Source: a virus. From it: a DNA stretch of 64,000 nucleotides. The notes under the pieces are model-generated. The model was not told the DNA's origin. It saw only the letters and a list, made by a program, of their open reading frames with translations, and searched no databases. The position numbers and the translations under genes were made by a program. The stretch spans positions 32,001 through 96,000 of IMG/VR virus record IMGVR_UViG_3300049734_000491; one strand, written 5' to 3'. Shown here piece after piece: positions 28,233 through 36,736 of the stretch (positions within the stretch are counted from its first letter, which is position 1; each line of letters starts with the position of its first letter).

Positions 28233-30052
28233 TGGGATGCGATCCGCCAACTTCCAGCCCGCCACCAGGACCACTCCCCGCTCCGTGCGGGGACGGCGTC
28301 ATCTTCCTGCGGGACATCTGGTGGCAGGACTCCACCATCGACGGCGGACCTGTCGACAACGGCGACGACAGCCAAGCCGGCTTCCCGTTCGCCGATCAGT
28401 ACGCGCAGTCCATCACGCCTCGTACCCTGCGGAACTTCGCCTACGAGATCTCCAAGGCACTGTGCACCCTTCCGCACTACCTCATCGAGTCGGGATCCCT
28501 GCTCGAGAACCTGGCCTTCTACATCGGTGACGGGACCAACGGCGAAGAGGGCCACTTCTACTACACGACCGAGCATCCCACTCCCCCCACAGCGCCGGGC
28601 ATGGCCGGCTGGACCGACGCCGGCAACTTCGGCGAGTTGGCTGGAGCGATGCCGGCAGGCGGCGAGCCCGGCCAGGTCTTGGTCAAGACCGCTACCGACA
28701 ACTACGCCGTCGAGTGGACCGACTGGTGCAACGAGCTCAACCTCACGCCGAACATGTTCCTCCTTGAGAACAGGTTGGTGGATGCGATCCCGTACCTGAC
28801 CGAGCAGTCCCCGCCGAACGATCCCCCGCTGTGGATGTCGGACTACGGCATGAACGCCACACAAGGGTCGATCGCAACCCTCCCAGCCGAGGGCTCTCGG
28901 ACCTCGGACTACTTCGCCCAGGCGTTCCAGATCAACTGGCCCGCTGATTCCCAGGCCCAAGGCACGTACGCCAGCGTCGAACAGGACCCCCACTACCTGC
29001 AGTACTTCTTCACCTTCACCGCCGACGCACCCGGTTCGTTGGAGATCCTTCTCGCTGGAGTCGATGGCGAAGAGTTGACTGGGTCGGTCGAGGCGGTGGT
29101 CACCCCCACCGACACCTCAGACGTCAGCTGGGATCCTGATCCCTACCACCAGTACATCATCGGCTACGGGTCCACTGGCTCACTCGGTGAGGGTGGTGGA
29201 GTTCCGATCACCGAACCAACCGAGTACAGCGTCCGAATTCGGTACTCGCCCGGTGCAAACATCCGTCAACACCTGCCCTATGACGATCCTTCGCTCGAGC
29301 TGCTCTTCCAACAGCCCACGGGGGAGCTCTCGGTCACGTACGAATCGTTCGATGCTCTGGGCAAGACGGGTGAGGTCTACGACCAGGGCCTGTCCGACAT
29401 CGATGCCTGCTACGGCACGGACCTCCACCGGATCATCACCGAGACCATCCAGCGAGTTCCGACGAAACCGCTGGTGTACGGCGCAGCGCTCTTCGGTGAC
29501 GAGAGCCCGATCGACCAGATCATCGCGACACGATCAAAGCTCCTCTACTTCGGCACGCCGTTCGGGATCCGACACGACGAGTCCACTGGTGGCCTCAGGA
29601 TCAACGGGCAGTACACGTACTACAACACCACGTCAGAACTTCTCGTTGTGACACAGGGTCTCGTACGAGACCTGCCGGGCTTCTCGAGCCGAGCCGCGAC
29701 TCATCCGATCTGGGCAGGAGTGTGGGTGACGCTCCGGCTCGAGGACGCTGAGTTCAATCAGGACCTCGCCCTGTCAGCCAAGTTGGAACTCTTCCTCATG
29801 AAGAACGCACTGGATCCACCCGAACCAGTGGCCGAGAGGACGGTGATGGTCCCAGCGGCTGGGGCGTGGCAGCTTCCCACCACGGCGTTCCTGGTCGGAG
29901 AGGTCTACGGAGATTCGGAATCATTGACCAAACTGGCGCTCGGTTGGCACGTCCGGGTCACGCTCACCGATCCCACGCTCGACCCGACCCTGCAGGACAA
30001 GAGGCTCATCGTCGACTGGATGACCGCTTCTCCCCAGATGGATGGCCTGTAG
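28232..30052 (+). CDS. Putative minor structural or fibre protein (~606 aa)
   Basis: TGATG overlap; PAGGEPGQVLVK..TDNY..EW joint motif also present in the collagen-like protein at 62298-63014. Confidence 0.65.
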   Translation: MGCDPPTSSPPPGPLPAPCGDGVIFLRDIWWQDSTIDGGPVDNGDDSQAGFPFADQYAQSITPRTLRNFAYEISKALCTLPHYLIESGSLLENLAFYIGDGTNGEEGHFYYTTEHPTPPTAPGMAGWTDAGNFGELAGAMPAGGEPGQVLVKTATDNYAVEWTDWCNELNLTPNMFLLENRLVDAIPYLTEQSPPNDPPLWMSDYGMNATQGSIATLPAEGSRTSDYFAQAFQINWPADSQAQGTYASVEQDPHYLQYFFTFTADAPGSLEILLAGVDGEELTGSVEAVVTPTDTSDVSWDPDPYHQYIIGYGSTGSLGEGGGVPITEPTEYSVRIRYSPGANIRQHLPYDDPSLELLFQQPTGELSVTYESFDALGKTGEVYDQGLSDIDACYGTDLHRIITETIQRVPTKPLVYGAALFGDESPIDQIIATRSKLLYFGTPFGIRHDESTGGLRINGQYTYYNTTSELLVVTQGLVRDLPGFSSRAATHPIWAGVWVTLRLEDAEFNQDLALSAKLELFLMKNALDPPEPVAERTVMVPAAGAWQLPTTAFLVGEVYGDSESLTKLALGWHVRVTLTDPTLDPTLQDKRLIVDWMTASPQMDGL

Positions 30053-30060
30053 GAACTTCC

Positions 30061-30294
30061 ATGGCTCCCGACGCCGAGCTGGAGCAACTGCGCGCCAGGG
30101 TCGACACCCTTGAGCGAGAGCTCAACGTGCTCAAGGGTGAGCGGGAGAACCTCATGGGAGGGTTCACCGAGCTCTCGAGTTCGCTGGCTAGCGTGGCAGC
30201 AGACGTGGCCTCGCTCATGTCCCGCATGGTCACGCTCCCGATCCCCATGCCACCCACCGACAAGACCGAGCAGGACGACGAATCAGAACCATGA
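30061..30294 (+). CDS. Small coiled-coil protein (77 aa)
   Basis: Heptad pattern LEQLRARVDTLERELNVLK; ATGA overlap. Confidence 0.6.
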   Translation: MAPDAELEQLRARVDTLERELNVLKGERENLMGGFTELSSSLASVAADVASLMSRMVTLPIPMPPTDKTEQDDESEP

Positions 30295-30629
30295 CCTACG
30301 ATCCCAACGAGCACACGGTGCCGGTCACGTACCACCCACCCATGCCCGCCAGCGAGGCGGTGTTGTTGACCGCAGACAACATCGAGGACATGTACCACGT
30401 GGTCGAACCGATCGGTCCGGTCCTGCAGCGTCCCGACTACTCCACCGCTGAGCCCGGTGACTACGTCGTGAAGATCCCAGACGCCCGACAGATCAATGGC
30501 TACACGTGGGTCGTCATGCCCGCCGAGTGGGTGACCGAGCTCCCGTTCCCACCACCACCCCCGCCGGAAGAGGATGAGGAGGAACCAGACGATGCTGCCC
30601 CAACAGCTCCTGGATCAGATCCTGGCTGA
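30291..30629 (+). CDS. Hypothetical protein (112 aa)
   Basis: Operon packing; PGDYVVK motif. Confidence 0.6.
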   Translation: MTYDPNEHTVPVTYHPPMPASEAVLLTADNIEDMYHVVEPIGPVLQRPDYSTAEPGDYVVKIPDARQINGYTWVVMPAEWVTELPFPPPPPPEEDEEEPDDAAPTAPGSDPG

Positions 30630-31026
30630 CATTCAGATCGCTCTTGCCAAGGCCAACGAAACAGACCCCAGGATCACGACCCCCGCCCTGTGCTACACGG
30701 GGGTGTCGACACCGGTGGTGGCGTGCGAGGCCCTGCAGGTCTACATGACCCGCATGGGGCAGGACACGAATCCGGAGTCGTGCGGGTGCGGCCAGACGGC
30801 CAACGTTGTCTGCGTCCTGACCCGCGACTGCGCCAACATGTCCAACGACGACGGGACCGACAATCCCCCAGTGGTCGAGGAGGTATCAGAACTGATGACA
30901 CTCGACGGCGTGGTCATGTCGAACGTGGCGATGGTGTACCTCGACGCGACGTGGAACATCGAGTTCACCGTCACGGGTGGTCTGGGGATCACCTCGATGT
31001 CGATGGACCTGCCCATTCCTTGTTAG
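30592..31026 (+). CDS. Putative tail terminator or head-tail completion protein
   Basis: Position and size; PVVACEALQV...RDC...GG pattern; GAGGAGG upstream. Confidence 0.55.
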   Translation: MLPQQLLDQILADIQIALAKANETDPRITTPALCYTGVSTPVVACEALQVYMTRMGQDTNPESCGCGQTANVVCVLTRDCANMSNDDGTDNPPVVEEVSELMTLDGVVMSNVAMVYLDATWNIEFTVTGGLGITSMSMDLPIPC

Positions 31027-31044
31027 ATTCACTACCTATACTGA

Positions 31045-31647
31045 CTACTTTAAGTAGTTCCATGTCAGGCGACGAATGATGGCTGAAACGGTCGTCTGAG
31101 CAACTCCAAACTCATCAGCCAACCGTTGTTGCGACACCCTGCCTTCGGCATACCGGTCTCGAATTTCTCGAACAGCAGCCTCGTCCAGCACAGCAGTCCC
31201 ACACTTCGCACCGATAGCTGCAGTTCCGTCCCGAAGTCGATCGGCGGAGTTCTCCTTGTGTGTGCCCCAGCGAAGGTGCTTCGGATTGAAGCACCGAGGG
31301 TTGTTGCACGGTCCGTGAAGAGCCACTGCCCCGTCTGGTTGAGGTCCGTGAAACAGAGCGCAGGCTGCGACGTGAACCCGAACAACCTTGCCCTTATAGG
31401 TAAAGGTTCCGTAATTACAACTTCCCATTCCAGCGTATGGCCAGACGATGCACTCATCAGTCTCTGTTGTGACGTTCGCATCGAAGAACCTCTGCGGCTC
31501 TCCAGGACTGGTGCCTCCAGCGAGCGGGTCACCATATCGACGGAGTCGGTGGTAATGATTCCGGCAGAGGTTCTTGCAGTAAATGGGATTTGTGCACGGC
31601 ATTCCGTCTCTGACAACTGAACAGGTATTCTGTGCTTCACCACCCAC
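31045..31647 (-). CDS. HNH endonuclease with N-terminal C..C/LCRNHY motif and C-terminal HTH
   Basis: ECIVW, YG, VHVAAC, ALHGPCNNPRCFNPKHLRWGT.KEN, QQRLADEFGVAQTTVS; TACCGT 7 nt before GTG; antisense insertion in the tail operon. Confidence 0.85.
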   Translation of the reverse strand: MGGEAQNTCSVVRDGMPCTNPIYCKNLCRNHYHRLRRYGDPLAGGTSPGEPQRFFDANVTTETDECIVWPYAGMGSCNYGTFTYKGKVVRVHVAACALFHGPQPDGAVALHGPCNNPRCFNPKHLRWGTHKENSADRLRDGTAAIGAKCGTAVLDEAAVREIRDRYAEGRVSQQRLADEFGVAQTTVSAIIRRLTWNYLK

Positions 31648-31665
31648 GATGAGGACGGTAGTCCA

Positions 31666-32073
31666 GTGGCCCAAGTCGTATTCGTCGAGAACCCGGTCGG
31701 CATGAAGTACGTGTTCCGAAGTTGGCCGGGCGACGTCGGCAAGTGGCTGTCCAAGAAGACCGTGGAGGTACAACTCCGGGCGGTGCAGGGCGCCCCCATG
31801 AAGACCGGCGCCACCAAGGCGTCGATCCGGTTCAGCCTCGGACACGATCTGGGTGAGCTCTCCTCCTCGGTGGGGGTCGGCACCCGGCAAGGTTTGCTGG
31901 TGCACCAAGGTACCCGTCCCCACCTGATCCGGGCCCGCAACCCGACGGGCCACCTCGCCTTCTTCTGGCCCAAGGTCGGCCACACCGTGTACCCGCGGCA
32001 GGTCCGCCATCCCGGCATCAAGGCCAACCCGTTCCTGACCGACGCCCTGCAGAAGGTGTTCGGACACCTCTGA
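31666..32073 (+). CDS. HK97 gp10-like tail completion protein
   Basis: APMKTG..KASI, VHQGTRPHLI, V.HPG.KANPFL.DAL. Confidence 0.75.
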   Translation: MAQVVFVENPVGMKYVFRSWPGDVGKWLSKKTVEVQLRAVQGAPMKTGATKASIRFSLGHDLGELSSSVGVGTRQGLLVHQGTRPHLIRARNPTGHLAFFWPKVGHTVYPRQVRHPGIKANPFLTDALQKVFGHL

Positions 32074-32098
32074 TCCCAGCTCAGCCAACTGGTAGCGT

Positions 32099-32272
32099 TG
32101 GAGGTACTCCGACGACATCGGTCCCAGGTGGACCACCCTCGGATGGCCCGGCAGGACCGCCGTGTGCCATCCCATCAGGATGGGACCTGCATGTTCTCGT
32201 CGGCATCGCCACTCCAGAACCTCGTGCTTGGTACCGTCCCACGGAGCCAGATCACCGACCACGAGCAGGTTC
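32099..32272 (+). ncRNA. Candidate structured intergenic RNA or leader upstream of the tail assembly chaperone
   Basis: Nested pairings TGGAG/CTCCA, CCGACGA/TCGTCGG, GGTCCCA/TGGGACC, GATGGC/GCCATC; TAGCGT -10-like box just upstream. Confidence 0.35.
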
Positions 32273-32285
32273 AGGAGACACGACC

Positions 32286-32645
32286 ATGGTCAAGCGCAGG
32301 TCATTCGGGACAGTCCAACAGCCCCTCGAGCCCATCGAGATCGAGGTCAACGGCGAGGTCTTCACGGTCAACCAGAAGATCCCCGGACCCACGATGCTCA
32401 ACTTCCTGGCTGGGGCCGACGAGACCCGTCCCGACAAGATGGCTGCGTCCCTGCAGCAGTTCCTCCAGATCGCCATCGAGTACGAGGATCGGGAGCGCTG
32501 GGAGAAGTTCATCGAGAACCCCGACAACGGGGTCACGCTCGACATCCTGGCTGAGATCGCCGGCTACCTCGTCGAGACCCTCAGCGGAGGGGGTGAGGCA
32601 ACCCGCCCTACCCCGCCGTCGTCGCCGTCTACCTCTCCCTCCTAG
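32286..32645 (+). CDS. Tail assembly chaperone (G)
   Basis: Lies before the tape measure gene; ends ...RPTPPSSPSTSPS. Confidence 0.8.
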   Translation: MVKRRSFGTVQQPLEPIEIEVNGEVFTVNQKIPGPTMLNFLAGADETRPDKMAASLQQFLQIAIEYEDRERWEKFIENPDNGVTLDILAEIAGYLVETLSGGGEATRPTPPSSPSTSPS

Positions 32646-32965
32646 AGAACTGGGAGGAGGTGAGCGGCCGGTACACGATGGCGACCGGCCTGCGCCTCGA
32701 GGATCTCGAGGCCGACCTGTTGTTCAACGTCGCCATGGCCGAGTTGTACCGCCATGCCGAGCTATCGGCCGAGGCGCACTTCGCCCGCAGCCAGGTCGAA
32801 TTGGCCATCCTGAAGGCGACCCAGCCAGTCGAGGAACCCGCGATCCCGGATTGGGGGATCCCCACCGCCGACCAGTTGGGTCCCCAGATGGATCTCTCCA
32901 ACATCCCGACAGGGCGGCAGATGGGGTCCTTCGACGATCTCGTCCTCAACGAACCGCTCCTTTGA
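32609..32965 (+). CDS. Tail assembly chaperone -1 frameshift extension (GT)
   Basis: CGC-CCT-AC at 32604-32611; the -1 frame reads YPAVVAVYLSLLENWEEVSGRY... to 32965. Confidence 0.7.
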   Translation, partial: YPAVVAVYLSLLENWEEVSGRYTMATGLRLEDLEADLLFNVAMAELYRHAELSAEAHFARSQVELAILKATQPVEEPAIPDWGIPTADQLGPQMDLSNIPTGRQMGSFDDLVLNEPLL

Positions 32966-32983
32966 TCGACAGGACGGCCAGCC

Positions 32984-35900
32984 ATGCCTGAAATCGTCGG
33001 TACCGCGTATGTGCGGATCAAGGCCATCACCGACGGGGTGGCCAAGGACATCCAGTCCGGTCTGGACAAAGGTGCTGCCGATGTCGACGGCTCGGGGGCC
33101 GGCAGGAGAGTCGGCACGACCTTCACCCAGGGTGTGGTCGACGGGATCGACAAGGGTGGGGACGACGTCGATGCCAAACTCGGGTCGCTCGGCAAGGACG
33201 CCGATGACTCAAGTGGTTTCACCTTCGCCCAGAGATGGGCATCCAAGTTCTACCTCGGGCTCGAGAAGGCGACTGACAAGAAGAAGGAAGACGGCTTCTT
33301 CAAGGGTCTGACCAAGAACCTCGACAAGCTCAACGACAAGCTGAAGGTTCCGAGAATTGCCCTCGCCGGCCTCTTCGGCGCACCGGCGATCGGTGGAGCG
33401 GTCCAGGCACTCGGGGGCTACATCGTCTCGATCGTCGGCCAACTCGGATACCTGAGCACCGCTGCGATCGGTGCAGCAGCCGGCATCACGGGAGCCTTCG
33501 GTGCCGCGGCGTTGGCCATCGGTCCGCTCATGCTGGCCTTCAAGGCTCAGACACCGGAGTTGGACGTCTTCCAGGCCAAGGCCTCGGCGATCGGTGACAT
33601 CTGGAAGGACGTGGGTGTCGCCACCCAGAAGTACCTGCTCCCTGCCCTGACCGAGGCCATGGAGTCGTCGCTCGAGTTGGTGCCGACCTTCGAGGTCTTC
33701 GGAGAGAGCATCGGCGCCGTCTCGGGGATGCTCGCCAAGTTCGCGACGGAGATGTTGACCTCGAACCAGGTCAGCGAGCTCCTGCACAACATCCTCGATG
33801 CCGCGATCCCGATCTTCGAGTCGTTGGGTCTGGCAGCGGTCGCCTTCGCCAGAGGGATGCTCGAGCTGTTCGATGCGGTGATCCCCTTGGCCTCACGGTT
33901 CGCCGGCACGATCCAGCACATGGCAGGGCAGTTCGCCCTGTTCATGACGGCGCAGAACCGCTCCGGTCAGCTGACCCAGACGCTCACCGAGTGGTACGAC
34001 CGAGCCGAGTTGGTGGGCCAGGCGTTCATCGACTTCGGCAAGATCATCTGGAACGTGTTCAAGGTCGGTGCTGACGCAGCCACGCCGTTCTTCGAGACGT
34101 TTGCTGCGTTCGCCCAGAAGTGGGCCGACTTCTCGAAGACCGAGGTCGGGCAGGCCAAGATCAAGGGGATCTTCGAGGAGGCGGTCCCCGTCGCCCAGTC
34201 GATCAATGCCCTGCTACGGGACATCATCGGCTGGATCGTCCAACCGATCGGTAAGGACAGCTCGGGGATCGTCCGGTTCTTCGACACCCTGCGGACGGTC
34301 ATGCTGCCGTCGATCCAGAAGATCGCCGAACAACTCACCGGAAACTTGTCTGGGGCCCTGGACACCTTCGTGCAGTCCATCCTGGGATTCCTGGAGGCAA
34401 CTGCCTCTTCCGGATCACTTGAGGCATTCTTCGGGGTTCTCGGTCAGGTCCTCAACGTCCTCACCGCCATCATGCAGATCCCGGGGCTGGACACCTTCGT
34501 CGGCCTCATGCTGACCCTCGGCGGGGCGTTCAAGGCCGTCCACTTCGCGGCGAAGCCGTTCATCGCGGTCATGACCGGCTTCAAGGATCTCCTCTCGAGC
34601 AGCATGGGCAAGGCAGCGTTCAAGCCGGTGATCGAGGGCTTCGAGGCGTTCATCACCAACCCGAAGGGCGGTCTGACGGCGGCCAAGGACGGACTCAGCA
34701 CGTTCATCGGGTCCATCGGCGGAGTTGGCCTCGCCATGGGCGGGATCACCATCGCGGCCGCGGTCGGGGCTGCGGCCTTCATGGCGTGGCAGACCAACGT
34801 CAAACGAGTTGAACAAGAGTCGAAGACCTTCGCCCAGACCCTCCTGAACGGCGGTGACGCCCTCGAGGAGCTCGACAAGAGCTACCGGAACATCCTCAAC
34901 ACCCGGCAGTCCTTCGACTCCTCGATGGAGAAGAGTGGGATCAGCATCGCCCGTGTCACCAACTTGGTCAACGAGAACACCGGTGACGTGGACAAGTTCC
35001 GGGCGGCATGGCACCACGCCGGAGGTGGCTTCAAGCAGTTCCGTGAGGAGGGCGGCAAGGTCCCCGCCTCGATGCAGGGCATCATCGCCCACCTCGAGAA
35101 GCTGGGCGAAGCCGGCACCATGAGCCAGGGCGAGATCAATGAGGTCATCGACGGGATGACCGATCTCGACAAGCAGGCCCAGGCAGCCCAAGCTGGGATC
35201 GCAGCCCAAGCAGATCAACTGCTCAAGGCGGGAGAGGCTGCTGGCCTCAGTGCGGATCAGATGAAGTACTTCGCCGAGGCGGCAGATACTTCTGGGACGC
35301 TCGAGGAACAGAACGAGGCGCTACAACAGGGTATCGCTCTGTATCCGGTGATCGCCGAAGAAGCCGGTGTGTCGATGCAGACCATCACCCAGGTTTCCCA
35401 AGAGGTCAACCGGCAGTTCCAGTCCATCATCGACAAGCTCGACAAGTTGGCTGGTCGACAACTCAACGCTGATCAGGCCACCAGGGACTTCGCCCAATCC
35501 CAGATCGAGTTGAGCGAGAAGTTCGCCACGACCGGCGGCGTGCTGGCCGGCCAAACCAAAGAGGCCCTCGCCAACCGGGACGCCCTTGATGGCATGATCG
35601 CATCGGGCAAGCGGGCGGCTGAGGCTCAAGCATCGGTTGACTCGACCGGACAGAGTTCGATCGCTACCTTGAAGGGTTTGCAGCAACAGATCATCCTGCT
35701 CGGACAAGCTGGTGGGTTGAGCACCGACGAGGTCAACGCCCTGCTCGATTCGTTCGGACTCTTGGACGACCAGCAGATCCAGGCCCAGGTGAGCGTTGCC
35801 ACCGACCAGGCCATCACCGACACGGAGGCTCTCAAGAAAGAGATCCGTGAGATGGACGGGGTGACCGAGCCGGTGCGGCTCCGTCTCAACGCCTTGGTCG

Positions 35901-36736
35901 ACAGCGGTTCCGTTGACCAGGCCAGGGCCGCGATGGAGGCCTTCAAGAAGCAGCAGGCCGCCGAGGACATCCTGCTCGCGGTCCACGGTGACATCTCGAA
36001 GGCGGAGAACGACATCTTCGCCCTGTTGGGGTGGACCAAGGAGCAGGACGGCACCGTCAACATCGAGGGCAACAAGTACCCGTACGAGGAGGCGGTCAAG
36101 GCTGCCAAGGAGTACGCCGAGGGCACCACAGGCACCGTCACCATCACCGGTGATGACGGTGAGGCCCGGGTCGTGGCCCAAGGTACGCAGTCCTACATCA
36201 ACAGCCTGACCGGAACGATCAACCTCACCGCCACGATCAGGAAGGAAGAGCTCCAGCGGATGACCCGCGAGGCGGCCCGCATCGTGGAGGATGCTGCCGG
36301 ACGGCAGATGACGGTCGGGCAGGCCGACAAGGGCACGTCCCTCATCACGATGGGGGTTGGCGGTGTGGTGATCCCCACTGCCGCAACGGCGTTCGGGGGT
36401 CCGACGTTCAGTCCCGCCGTGGTCGGTACATCACTTCGTTCCACGATCGCACAGGGACGAGCGATGGGGGCCCCGTCCGCCGGCGGCATGTCCGGTCTGC
36501 TGGCCAAGGGCGGGGCGATCGGACCGTTGGCGTCGGGCCACCACGGAGCTGGTGGTGACACCGGATCGGTGGAGGACTCGACGAACGTCGCCGTGCCGTC
36601 GGATGGCGGGGGAAGTGCGACCCCGACGGTCAACATCATCGTGAAGATCGGTGACCGTGACATCACCGACATCGTGGACGTGCAGATGAACGGGCGGATG
36701 GGTCAACTCGCCACAGCGATGAGGAGGGCCGGCTGA
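32984..36736 (+). CDS. Tape measure protein (1250 aa)
   Basis: IVGTAYVRIKA N-terminus, long Ala/Gly helical repeats with hydrophobic segments, position after the chaperones. Confidence 0.9.
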   Translation: MPEIVGTAYVRIKAITDGVAKDIQSGLDKGAADVDGSGAGRRVGTTFTQGVVDGIDKGGDDVDAKLGSLGKDADDSSGFTFAQRWASKFYLGLEKATDKKKEDGFFKGLTKNLDKLNDKLKVPRIALAGLFGAPAIGGAVQALGGYIVSIVGQLGYLSTAAIGAAAGITGAFGAAALAIGPLMLAFKAQTPELDVFQAKASAIGDIWKDVGVATQKYLLPALTEAMESSLELVPTFEVFGESIGAVSGMLAKFATEMLTSNQVSELLHNILDAAIPIFESLGLAAVAFARGMLELFDAVIPLASRFAGTIQHMAGQFALFMTAQNRSGQLTQTLTEWYDRAELVGQAFIDFGKIIWNVFKVGADAATPFFETFAAFAQKWADFSKTEVGQAKIKGIFEEAVPVAQSINALLRDIIGWIVQPIGKDSSGIVRFFDTLRTVMLPSIQKIAEQLTGNLSGALDTFVQSILGFLEATASSGSLEAFFGVLGQVLNVLTAIMQIPGLDTFVGLMLTLGGAFKAVHFAAKPFIAVMTGFKDLLSSSMGKAAFKPVIEGFEAFITNPKGGLTAAKDGLSTFIGSIGGVGLAMGGITIAAAVGAAAFMAWQTNVKRVEQESKTFAQTLLNGGDALEELDKSYRNILNTRQSFDSSMEKSGISIARVTNLVNENTGDVDKFRAAWHHAGGGFKQFREEGGKVPASMQGIIAHLEKLGEAGTMSQGEINEVIDGMTDLDKQAQAAQAGIAAQADQLLKAGEAAGLSADQMKYFAEAADTSGTLEEQNEALQQGIALYPVIAEEAGVSMQTITQVSQEVNRQFQSIIDKLDKLAGRQLNADQATRDFAQSQIELSEKFATTGGVLAGQTKEALANRDALDGMIASGKRAAEAQASVDSTGQSSIATLKGLQQQIILLGQAGGLSTDEVNALLDSFGLLDDQQIQAQVSVATDQAITDTEALKKEIREMDGVTEPVRLRLNALVDSGSVDQARAAMEAFKKQQAAEDILLAVHGDISKAENDIFALLGWTKEQDGTVNIEGNKYPYEEAVKAAKEYAEGTTGTVTITGDDGEARVVAQGTQSYINSLTGTINLTATIRKEELQRMTREAARIVEDAAGRQMTVGQADKGTSLITMGVGGVVIPTAATAFGGPTFSPAVVGTSLRSTIAQGRAMGAPSAGGMSGLLAKGGAIGPLASGHHGAGGDTGSVEDSTNVAVPSDGGGSATPTVNIIVKIGDRDITDIVDVQMNGRMGQLATAMRRAG

